Shown here: positions 7,543-16,113 of the stretch, one piece after another
Position numbering within the stretch: position 1 is the stretch's first letter
Layout of the letters: the number at the start of each line of letters is the position of its first letter
Origin: Candidatus Omnitrophota bacterium
GTDB taxonomy: Bacteria; Omnitrophota; Gorgyraeia; Pluralincolimonadales; Pluralincolimonadaceae
Length of the DNA stretch: 64,000 nucleotides
Assembly: GCA_028716565.1 (NCBI GenBank)
Contig: JAQUPL010000001.1
Location: 19,545 to 83,544 of the forward strand
Direction: 5' to 3'
Program-made: the position numbers and the translations under genes
Notes under the pieces: generated by a model
Databases searched by the model: none
What the model was told of the DNA's origin: nothing
Seen by the model: only the letters and a program-made list of their open reading frames with translations

Positions 7543-9279
7543 ATGGCTTCGGAAAAAGATCAACAGTCTAAACAGGAAAAATTCAAGAAGATAGGCCAGA
7601 TGCTTCTCGAGAAAGGCCTTATAAATGACCATCAATTGGAACAGGCCCTCGAGGAACAGAAACTGACGGGAAAACTCCTGGGCCGGATCTTGATCGATAT
7701 GGGGCTGGTCAAAGAGGAGGATATCCTCCAGGTCCTCGGCGCGCGCTCAGGCTTCTCGGTAGCAAGGCTTAAGGGTACGAAGATCCCGAAGGAGGTCATC
7801 GACAAGGTCCCGGCCTCGGTCGCCAAGATATATACTATCATTCCCGTCGCCATCGACGGTAACCAGCTCACCGTCGCTATCGCCGATCCGCTGAATGTGG
7901 CTGCCTTCGACGACCTGCGGTTTACCCTCGGGATGAACATCAAGGGCGTCGTAGCCAGTGATGAGGAGATAAAAGAGGAGATACAGAAATATTACGGCGC
8001 CGAGGGCGAGACGATACAGGATGTCCTGGGCGTATTCGGCGAAAAGATGGAACTCCTCCCGGTCGGAGAAGAAGCGACGGATATTTCCACGCTGCAGGAG
8101 CTCGCTTCCCGCGCCCCGGTCATAAAATTATTGAACATGATATTACTGCAGGGAGTCAAAGAGAAGGCCTCGGACATACATTTTGAGCCGTTCGAATCGG
8201 ATTACAGGATAAGATACAGGGTAGACGGCGTCCTTTATGAGGTGGCGCGGCCCCCGAAGAACTTGAGCCTCGGACTTTCGTCGAGGATAAAGGTCATGGC
8301 GAACCTCGATATAGCCGAACGAAGGCTTCCCCAGGACGGGCGCATCATGGTCACGATAGAAGGAAAGAGCGTCGACCTCAGGATCTCGACATTGCCGACG
8401 ATTTTCGGAGAGAGCGTCGTCATGAGGGTGCTCGACAGGACTACTGTCAGCCTTTCGATCGACGATGTGGGGATGCTCGAGGATACAAAGAAGAAGATAC
8501 GCGCCCTGATCATCAAGCCCAACGGGATACTCCTAGCTACCGGGCCGACAGGCTGCGGCAAAACGACCACTTTGTACGGCTGTATGAAGGAGATAAACAA
8601 GATAGAATATAAGGTCATCACGACCGAGGATCCCGTCGAGTACGACCTTAAAGGCGTAATACAGGTGCCGATAAACGCCAAGATCGGCCTCACCTTCGCG
8701 GCATCGCTGCGCCACATCTTAAGGCAGGACCCCGATATAATCATGGTCGGCGAGATCCGCGACGCCGAAACCGCCCAGATAGCCATCCAGGCCTCGCTCA
8801 CCGGACATCTCGTCTTCTCGACCATACACACCAATGACGCGGCAGGGACCATAACCAGGCTTATAGATATGGGCGTCGAGCCGTTCCTGGTGACCTCGAC
8901 GCTCGAGGCTGTACTTGCCCAACGCCTAGTCAGGAAGATATGCCAGTTCTGCAAAGAGGAATATACGCCCGAGCCGGAGATGCTATCCGACCTGGGGATA
9001 AAGCCTGAAGTCGCGAAGGGGAAGAAGTTCTACAGGGGAGCCGGCTGCGTAAAATGCAATAATTCCGGATATAAAGGAAGGACCGGCATATTTGAGCTCC
9101 TTATCCTTAACGACAAGCTCAGGGCACTGATAATAGAGAAGGCCCATACCGCATTGATAAAAGAGGCCGCCATAGAGGCCGGCATGAAGACCCTTCTTAA
9201 CGACGGCCTTGAAAAGGTATTCCTCGGCGCCACTACGCTCGAGGAGGTCCTTAAAGAAGCCCAGACTGCGATCCTTTGA
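7543..9279 (+). CDS. gspE: type II secretion / type IV pilus assembly ATPase (GspE/PilB family), paralog 2, with MshE-N-like N-terminus
   Basis: Walker A GPTGCGKTTT, Walker B DIIMVGEIRD, His box LTGHLVFSTIHTNDAAGT and a zinc motif CQFC...CVKC. The N-terminus (KIGQMLLEKGLINDHQLEQALEEQ then LGRILIDMGLVKEEDILQVL) fits the tandem MshEN c-di-GMP-binding pattern. Confidence 0.9.
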   Translation: MASEKDQQSKQEKFKKIGQMLLEKGLINDHQLEQALEEQKLTGKLLGRILIDMGLVKEEDILQVLGARSGFSVARLKGTKIPKEVIDKVPASVAKIYTIIPVAIDGNQLTVAIADPLNVAAFDDLRFTLGMNIKGVVASDEEIKEEIQKYYGAEGETIQDVLGVFGEKMELLPVGEEATDISTLQELASRAPVIKLLNMILLQGVKEKASDIHFEPFESDYRIRYRVDGVLYEVARPPKNLSLGLSSRIKVMANLDIAERRLPQDGRIMVTIEGKSVDLRISTLPTIFGESVVMRVLDRTTVSLSIDDVGMLEDTKKKIRALIIKPNGILLATGPTGCGKTTTLYGCMKEINKIEYKVITTEDPVEYDLKGVIQVPINAKIGLTFAASLRHILRQDPDIIMVGEIRDAETAQIAIQASLTGHLVFSTIHTNDAAGTITRLIDMGVEPFLVTSTLEAVLAQRLVRKICQFCKEEYTPEPEMLSDLGIKPEVAKGKKFYRGAGCVKCNNSGYKGRTGIFELLILNDKLRALIIEKAHTALIKEAAIEAGMKTLLNDGLEKVFLGATTLEEVLKEAQTAIL

Positions 9280-9334
9280 CTTTCGGTAACTTATAGGGTA
9301 TATTTATATTATAGACGAGAGAGGAACTACAACT

Positions 9335-10603
9335 ATGGCAATATTCAATTACGTGGCTATCGACAAGGACGGGAAAGAGATAAAAGGCAGGCTAGAGGTC
9401 AACTCTAACGATGAGGTGGTGACCCAGCTCCGCCAAAAGGGGCTTTATCCGGTAAGCGTAAGCGAGGAGAAGTCGAAAACGCCCGCCGCCGGCGCGGTTA
9501 AAGACCTGCGTGAAAGCCCTGCCCCGGCTAATAAAGTATCTATACTGAATCTCTCGTTGGGAGGGGTCAGCCAGAAGCAGGTGACCGTTTTTACGAGGCA
9601 GCTGGCCACGCTTATCGGGTCAGGCCTTCCTCTCGTGCGCGCGCTTTACGTCCTTGAGCGCCAGGAGAAAGGGGCCCTGAAAACGACCATCCGCGGCCTG
9701 GCCGAACAGGTAGAGGGCGGCAGTTCTTTTTCCGAAGCGCTCTCGAAATATCCGAAGGCTTTCCCTCCGCTTTATGTAAATACGGTCAAGGCCGGCGAGA
9801 CCGGCGGCGTCCTTGAAGTCGTCCTGACGCGCCTGGCTGAATTCGCCGAGAAGTCACAGAAGCTGAACAGCAGGATAAAGGCCGCCCTTATATATCCCGC
9901 CCTTGTCCTGACGTTGGCGCTTTCGGTCTTATTTTTCCTGATAACTTTCATAGTCCCGAAATTCATGCAGATATTCAAAGAGATGAACGTCGAACTGCCG
10001 ACCCCGACAAAGGTGCTCCTCTTCGTCAGCAGTTTGATGAAAGACAGATGGTTTGTCGGGCTCGGGATCATTATTTTTGTCATCGTGACCTATACGATAT
10101 TGTCCAAGGTAGCGGCGACGAGGCTGGTGATCGACAGGATAAAATTGGAGCTTCCGGTAATGGGGCCGTTGATCCGCAGGATAGCCATCGCGCGTTTCTC
10201 GAGGACTCTGGGCACTTTGCTTTCGAGCGGCGTCCCCATCCTCCAGTCGCTTATGGTCGCAAAAGATACGACCGGTAACGAGGTCATGGCGCGCTCGATA
10301 GTCCATGTCCACGACAGCGTACGCGAGGGAGAGACTGTGGCCAAGCCGCTTTTAAAGGCCGGCTTGTTCCCGGCGATGGCCGTCAACATGATATCTGTCG
10401 GCGAGGAGACCGGCGCTCTCGACCAGATGCTCCTCAAGATCGCGGACGTCTATGATGAAGAGGTGGATGTCACGGTAACGGGCCTTATGTCGTTATTGGA
10501 ACCTTTCCTTATTATCGGCATGGGCCTGATCGTCGGTTTTATAGTAGTTTCGATGTTTATGCCGCTCTTCAACCTCATAACCGCATTGGGAGGGAATGGT
10601 TAA
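9335..10603 (+). CDS. gspF: type II secretion / type IV pilus platform protein (GspF/PilC family)
   Basis: Two repeated GspF domains, three TM segments and the typical RxLxTLLxSGxPLxxAL motifs (RQLATLIGSGLPLVRAL and RTLGTLLSSGVPILQSL). Length is 422 aa. Confidence 0.9.
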   Translation: MAIFNYVAIDKDGKEIKGRLEVNSNDEVVTQLRQKGLYPVSVSEEKSKTPAAGAVKDLRESPAPANKVSILNLSLGGVSQKQVTVFTRQLATLIGSGLPLVRALYVLERQEKGALKTTIRGLAEQVEGGSSFSEALSKYPKAFPPLYVNTVKAGETGGVLEVVLTRLAEFAEKSQKLNSRIKAALIYPALVLTLALSVLFFLITFIVPKFMQIFKEMNVELPTPTKVLLFVSSLMKDRWFVGLGIIIFVIVTYTILSKVAATRLVIDRIKLELPVMGPLIRRIAIARFSRTLGTLLSSGVPILQSLMVAKDTTGNEVMARSIVHVHDSVREGETVAKPLLKAGLFPAMAVNMISVGEETGALDQMLLKIADVYDEEVDVTVTGLMSLLEPFLIIGMGLIVGFIVVSMFMPLFNLITALGGNG

Positions 10604-11072
10604 AATGGAAAAACGTAAAGGCGGGTTTACGATAATAGAGTTGATAGTCGTCATGACGATCATCCTTATATTGGCTGGCCTTATAACCGGCGCCGCGCAG
10701 AAGGCGAAGCAGCAGGCTATGGTGGCCAAGGCTAGGTCGATGATCGCCGGCCTGGAGACGTCGCTTGGGATGTTCCAGGCGGATACGGGGATATATCCCG
10801 CCACCGGCAATTTGTACTCGAACCTTACCAGTTCCGCCGGCCTTACGACCGCCCAGGCTGCGAATTGGGCCGGGCCTTACATGAATTTCCAGACGAATGA
10901 AGTAAATACCGTCGCCGGCACTATACTCGACCCCTGGAACAACGCCTATCATTACGCTAATACCGGCGCGGCCGCGCACGGTTTCGATCATTACATTGAT
11001 ATCTGGTCCAACGGCCCTAACAAAGTGGACAATAGCGGCGCGGGCGACGATGTAACCAACTGGAGAAGATAG
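10596..11072 (+). CDS. gspG: major pseudopilin, GspG-type (prepilin N-terminal cleavage/methylation motif)
   Basis: KGGFTIIELIVVMTIILILAGLI (G|FTxxE prepilin motif) followed by GspG-type globular domain motifs (DTGIYP, DPWNNAYHY, NGPNK...GDDVTNW). Confidence 0.85.
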   Translation: MVKMEKRKGGFTIIELIVVMTIILILAGLITGAAQKAKQQAMVAKARSMIAGLETSLGMFQADTGIYPATGNLYSNLTSSAGLTTAQAANWAGPYMNFQTNEVNTVAGTILDPWNNAYHYANTGAAAHGFDHYIDIWSNGPNKVDNSGAGDDVTNWRR

Positions 11073-11084
11073 CTCCTTAACATC

Positions 11085-11438
11085 ATGAGAAAAGGTTTTA
11101 CGTTAATCGAGATAGTCATATCGCTCGCGATACTCGCTGTAGGGTTGGTGGGCATATTGTCGCTTTTTCCGATAGGTTTTGACTCGGCTAGGCGCTCGAT
11201 GAATTCCACGCAGGTCGCGATCTTTGCCAATGAGAAGCTCGAAGAACTGAGGAACACCGGATTTCCCTCTTTAGGCGTCACGAGCGGGGCCTTCTCCGAC
11301 GCGTCTTATGCGTGGTCGCAGAGCGTTTCAACCGTAGACGCGATCGACGCATTAAGGAAGGTGGATCTGACGGTAACCTGGGAATACAGGAGCCGCCCTT
11401 ACCAGCAGGTATTCACGACCTATGTGGCGACCAGATAG
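11085..11438 (+). CDS. minor pseudopilin, GspI-like (prepilin-type N-terminal methylation motif)
   Basis: MRKGFTLIEIVISLAILAVGLVGILSLFP. Length is 117 aa, typical of GspI. Confidence 0.65.
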   Translation: MRKGFTLIEIVISLAILAVGLVGILSLFPIGFDSARRSMNSTQVAIFANEKLEELRNTGFPSLGVTSGAFSDASYAWSQSVSTVDAIDALRKVDLTVTWEYRSRPYQQVFTTYVATR

Positions 11439-12198
11439 ATATATAAGAAGGAATAGCTCCGGCCTGACCTTGGTCGAGATCCTCGTCGTGGCCGTCATCT
11501 TCTCCATACTAGTTACCTCCCTGTTTACGGTCTTCAGGGGCGGGCTCGATTCCTGGCACAAGGCCGAGACGATCCTAGATATGTACCAGAACGCTAGGTT
11601 CGCGCTCGACATAATGGAGAGGGAGATAGCCTCCGCCTGCCTCTACCAGGAAAGCTCCAACACCGCATACTGGACTAAATTCGAGGGTTATCGTTATCCC
11701 TCCGTGTCCGGCCTAAAGACCGGCTCCGCAGGCGACGAGATCTTTTTCGTCGCGCCGATAGCGAATAATTCGGCCAAGCAGGACCTATGCGAAGCCGGAT
11801 ATTGGCTCAGGAACGATAACCGCCTCATGCACCATTTCGAGTATTTCGACGGAAGCGTAGTGCCGGTTGCCTATGATTTTTCAAAGAAGGCCGACGGTTC
11901 CGCGGATACCGGGGCATCCGATACCACAGTCGCCCGCAATGTCACGGCTTTGCAGTTTACTTATTATTACAGGCATGCGGCCGCCGCCGCGCCGGATTTC
12001 GATACTCCGGCATTGCATACATGGAATTCCGGATCGGATAATCCGGGAGGAAGGGCCGAGAACTACGATTCGGACGGAAACGCTAAGAATCCCGACGGCT
12101 TGCCTGACGCGGTGGAAATATCCATAACGCTGCAGAGCAAGGACGGCAGCCAGACAAAGACCTTTACGGATTTCATAAGGATCGTAGGTGCGAGATGA
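11422..12198 (+). CDS. minor pseudopilin, GspJ-like (prepilin-type N-terminal methylation motif)
   Basis: SGLTLVEILVVAVIFSILVTSLFTVF prepilin motif with a larger globular domain. The start overlaps the previous gene. Confidence 0.6.
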   Translation: MWRPDRYIRRNSSGLTLVEILVVAVIFSILVTSLFTVFRGGLDSWHKAETILDMYQNARFALDIMEREIASACLYQESSNTAYWTKFEGYRYPSVSGLKTGSAGDEIFFVAPIANNSAKQDLCEAGYWLRNDNRLMHHFEYFDGSVVPVAYDFSKKADGSADTGASDTTVARNVTALQFTYYYRHAAAAAPDFDTPALHTWNSGSDNPGGRAENYDSDGNAKNPDGLPDAVEISITLQSKDGSQTKTFTDFIRIVGAR

Positions 12199-15173
12199 AA
12201 GAGACTAGCCCCAAATACAAAAAGAAGAGAGGCGTAGCCCTCATAATCTCGGTGGGCATCCTGGCGCTCATCGCGATGATAGCCACGAGTTTCGCTATAA
12301 ACATGCAGATCGAGTATAGGGCCGCGGCGAATTTTATGTATTATACCGTAGCTAAAGAGCTATCCGGCGCGGGCCTTGATAAGACGATTGCCGATATCCG
12401 GGCTTTGGCGGCAAACAACAGTTACGACGACGTCATGACTACCATAAATGCATCTCCTTACGCCGACCCGGGGACCGAGGTGAATTTAGCGGAGGGAAGC
12501 TATCAGGTCTATGTGGAGCGGGAGGACCAGAAGATAAACATAAACGCCCTTGATGAGACCGATTATCCGTGGATAGATGAGTTGAAAAGCAAGGGCCTTT
12601 CATACGATGACATCGCGAAGATAATCAATTATCGCGTTCCGGAGACGGAGTATAGCAGTATCACCTCTGTATTGACCGCCACCGGCCCTCAGTCCTGTAA
12701 CAGCGGCACCATCCAGAAGCACGGGCCTTACGCAACAGTCGAAGAATTGCGGCTTGTCCTTAACGACGACGTCAAATATAATGCCATAAAAGACTTCGTT
12801 ACCGTCTATGCCCCGGTGATACCGGGAGGGCTTACCGGTAAGTATTACTCCCAACCCGATAATACGGTGTGGGATAAAAACTCGATCCTGGGCCTTGGTA
12901 ATTTTTGCGGCAAAGTCGTGGAATTTCGCGCCCTTAAAGAGGCGAAGGACTCCGGTTCAGACCCCTGGCCTCCTTCCGGGACGTTCCCGGGCGCCGACGG
13001 GGATTGGAACGGATGGAGCGAGGCGCACGACGCGGAATTTGCGGGGGGTTATATAGCCGCTGACTGGACGTGGCGGTCGGGATTGGATTATTTCGGCGCG
13101 GTATTCACCGGCTATATATACATACCTCAGGATAAGGTAAATCAGGATATAACCTTCAAGATGCGCAGCGAGAACGGCTGCAGGCTTTTTATAGACGGGA
13201 CAAAATTGATCGAAGATTGGACCGACAGGAACATGGGCGGCTGGCCGTCAGATAATGTCCTTGTCGCTCCGGTTGTTGTCTTCAGCCGCGCCGGCTGGCA
13301 CTCGATAAGGGTCGAATACTACAACAAAGAGAACCAAAATACGGTCCAGCTTAAATGGGACGCCTACGGTTCTGATGATTACGTTCCGGCCGAATACTTC
13401 GGATATAATCCCTCTTCTTTTTACGGGGATATCGCGGTCGACTCGAACCCGGTGACGACGCCTAAGACATACAGGGCTGCCTCCAGGCTCGGGACGGATT
13501 ATAACTCGGCCGGTATCCTGAAGATAGTCTCTACAGGGAAGACGAAAAAGAACGGAGTCGTCGTAGCCGAAAAGAAGACGGCCTCGGTCATCCAGGTCTT
13601 TAATACCCTTACGCAATCGACGCGGGCGGAATTTTGGGCGCCGTGGTTCTCGCTCTACAACAATTTCAGCGATGGGGAGGTAAGGAACGTGACCTGGCTC
13701 GATTCGTGTCCGACCAGCCAGGATGGTTTCGACGGCAGCAAGATGAATTGGGAGGGGAATTACACGACCACCCCCGATTCCGTCAAGCTCGGATACTGGG
13801 ATAACTTCAACGACGATATTGCCTACACCGCGATAATATTGAAGGGGGGATATGTAACGAAGTTATTCGGTATAGCGTGGTGGGATTGGGATGTTCACAC
13901 ATTTCCCAGCACCCATGAACACTGGCTTCCTAGGGGAAGAATAGACGGTGAAGATGCAACTGCTATAAATTGGGACGGCGATTATGTGTGGCCCTGCACT
14001 TTCGGCGATTTTTCCGTCCCGGAAGGGTTCAAGGAAGATGGCATTAATGGCACGTATTGCCTCAGAATGGATGTACCGGGATATTATTACGATGGATGCA
14101 GGGCTGAGGAAAGGCAAGCTGAATTAAACAGTTATTACTACAAAGCAGACTCGCCGTTGGGCTACGATATCTTCGCCAGGTCTTATGTCTATGACAACGG
14201 ACAGAAGCAGACATGGGACAGCAACTGGCAACGGCCTCCAAGCCAGCGCTTGGCTAATCCGGGATATGCCTCCCATATTCCGTCATTTTTGACGGGGTAT
14301 CTCATCCTCAAGACCGATCCGCCGTATACAACTGACCATCAGACAAAACCCGGAGACGTTTATTATACTTTTGTCCAAAACGGGACCGACTGGTTCGGTT
14401 CCTCCGACTCGGATGCGAGCGTAATATATTGTCCAGGCAAGACAGACTCGACAGTCGGCGCCTGTTATTCCTGGAATGAGGATACGCAACAGACGCAGTA
14501 CTACATATTAGCGGCGATAGGGGTGGGAACCACGTATAAGGCTTATTATTCCTATACTACTCAGGATGGTTCCGGTTGGGTCACCACGGGAGCATCCGGA
14601 ACAGGCAGCGCGTCTAAAGCAGGTGTCGTAGCATTCCGGGCAAACAATATATATTATGTCGATCTCGACTTATTCTGGCAGGGGGACCCTCCCTACACCA
14701 ATGAAGTATTCGTCGATATGGTATACGACAGGACTGACGGGATCACCGACAATAACCCCAGATATATTGGCAGCACCAGCGAATGCGTGACCGACTTCGA
14801 TAACGTCAGGGTCATATATCCAAAGGGTTATATAGTATCCGCGCCGCTTATAGCTAAGCCTCCTTCGGATAACGCCAATATAATATGGGATACGATAACG
14901 TGGAATGATGCGAACCCGAATCCTGCCAATACCTCAATAACGATGTATGCCAGGGCGGCCGACACCCCTTCCGCAAGCGATGATTTCTCGACTGAATACT
15001 CCAAAGGGGACTCATTGTCATCCCTTTCAGGCGGTAAGTTCCAGTATAAGGCTTTATTGGGCACGACAGCGTTGAACCCTAATGACTATTCGGCCAGCAG
15101 CTCCACGCCTGTCCTGAAGGGCGTCACCGTGATGTACCACCGGCCGAAAGCCCGGGTATTTTACCAGCAGTAG
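12195..15173 (+). CDS. giant GspK-like pseudopilin (992 aa) with internal PA14 domain and long C-terminal extension
   Basis: GspK-type N-terminus (KKKRGVALIISVGILALIAMIATSFAINMQ) and a GspK-like helical region (QKININALDE...TVEELRLVLNDD). A PA14-like segment lies at about nt 12825-13370 (TGKYYSQP...FTGYIYIPQD...FKMRSENGCRLFIDG...HSIRVEYYNKEN...LKWDAYG), followed by about 600 aa of W/Y-rich sequence. Confidence 0.65.
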   Translation: MKETSPKYKKKRGVALIISVGILALIAMIATSFAINMQIEYRAAANFMYYTVAKELSGAGLDKTIADIRALAANNSYDDVMTTINASPYADPGTEVNLAEGSYQVYVEREDQKININALDETDYPWIDELKSKGLSYDDIAKIINYRVPETEYSSITSVLTATGPQSCNSGTIQKHGPYATVEELRLVLNDDVKYNAIKDFVTVYAPVIPGGLTGKYYSQPDNTVWDKNSILGLGNFCGKVVEFRALKEAKDSGSDPWPPSGTFPGADGDWNGWSEAHDAEFAGGYIAADWTWRSGLDYFGAVFTGYIYIPQDKVNQDITFKMRSENGCRLFIDGTKLIEDWTDRNMGGWPSDNVLVAPVVVFSRAGWHSIRVEYYNKENQNTVQLKWDAYGSDDYVPAEYFGYNPSSFYGDIAVDSNPVTTPKTYRAASRLGTDYNSAGILKIVSTGKTKKNGVVVAEKKTASVIQVFNTLTQSTRAEFWAPWFSLYNNFSDGEVRNVTWLDSCPTSQDGFDGSKMNWEGNYTTTPDSVKLGYWDNFNDDIAYTAIILKGGYVTKLFGIAWWDWDVHTFPSTHEHWLPRGRIDGEDATAINWDGDYVWPCTFGDFSVPEGFKEDGINGTYCLRMDVPGYYYDGCRAEERQAELNSYYYKADSPLGYDIFARSYVYDNGQKQTWDSNWQRPPSQRLANPGYASHIPSFLTGYLILKTDPPYTTDHQTKPGDVYYTFVQNGTDWFGSSDSDASVIYCPGKTDSTVGACYSWNEDTQQTQYYILAAIGVGTTYKAYYSYTTQDGSGWVTTGASGTGSASKAGVVAFRANNIYYVDLDLFWQGDPPYTNEVFVDMVYDRTDGITDNNPRYIGSTSECVTDFDNVRVIYPKGYIVSAPLIAKPPSDNANIIWDTITWNDANPNPANTSITMYARAADTPSASDDFSTEYSKGDSLSSLSGGKFQYKALLGTTALNPNDYSASSSTPVLKGVTVMYHRPKARVFYQQ

Positions 15174-15183
15174 GGATAACAAT

Positions 15184-16053
15184 ATGAAAAAAATAATCGC
15201 GTTCTCCGTCATCCTGTTTTTAAGCTTATGCCTGCGGGCCTCTGCCGCTCCCGGGGATAAATACGCGATAAGGGTGCCGGGGGACTGTAAGACCATCAGG
15301 GAAGCGTGCGAGAAGTCCTTTCCGGGCGATACCATATACATAGGCGCAGGCGAATACACGGAGAAAGAGGGATTTACCGTTAAGAGTAATATCAAGCTTG
15401 TCGGGCAGGGCGCCGACAAGACCCTTATCAAACTTGGAAAGAGCGGATTATCCATAATCTCATCGCGCGGGAGCGTGAATAACGTTGCCATAAAAGACCT
15501 CTCCATAGAGGTCAACGGGCAGCCCTTAAGGGTTAGTGGCGTCGACAGTTTTCTTTTAAAGGACTGTGTCTTAATAAGCAGGAACCTGTCTACCTGCATA
15601 GAGGTCAGCGGCGTAAAGAACGCGCAGATATTGAACTGCGATATAGTGAACGCAAGTTACGGCCTGATGCTTTGGGGCGGGCCGATCGAGCTTGTCGTAA
15701 GGAATTCGGTCTTTTACAACAATAAGGTCGGTATCTGCTCCGCCAAACTTCCGCCGCCGGGGAATCCCCGGGACCTGCCTAAAGGATATCTGGAAGAATA
15801 TTATAATAAGCCGCGCGAGGACATCAGCCTTACGCTTAGCTACAACCTTTTTTATAACCTGAAGGATTTTTTGGATTGCCGGAAAGGGGAGAAGGACATA
15901 TTGCTGGATCCCAGGTTCGCGAATGCCGCGAAAGACGATTTTCACCTTAGGGGAGATTCCCCCTGTGTTGATGGCGGCGACCCGGACGCCAAGTATAACG
16001 ACCCAGACGGCTCAAGGAACGACATCGGGGCTCTCCCATTTGCCGGAAAATAA
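15184..16053 (+). CDS. secreted right-handed parallel beta-helix (pectin-lyase-fold) repeat protein
   Basis: Signal peptide (MKKIIAFSVILFLSLCLRASAAP) and PbH1-like repeats (NVAIKDLSIEVNG, LKDCVLISRN, NCDIVNASYGLMLWGG, VRNSVFYNNKVGI). Confidence 0.55.
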   Translation: MKKIIAFSVILFLSLCLRASAAPGDKYAIRVPGDCKTIREACEKSFPGDTIYIGAGEYTEKEGFTVKSNIKLVGQGADKTLIKLGKSGLSIISSRGSVNNVAIKDLSIEVNGQPLRVSGVDSFLLKDCVLISRNLSTCIEVSGVKNAQILNCDIVNASYGLMLWGGPIELVVRNSVFYNNKVGICSAKLPPPGNPRDLPKGYLEEYYNKPREDISLTLSYNLFYNLKDFLDCRKGEKDILLDPRFANAAKDDFHLRGDSPCVDGGDPDAKYNDPDGSRNDIGALPFAGK

Positions 16054-16113
16054 TAAAATTACCAGGAAGCGGAGTTGTTTTTATGTCAGCTACCCTCGCG
16101 GGCATACGAGAAA

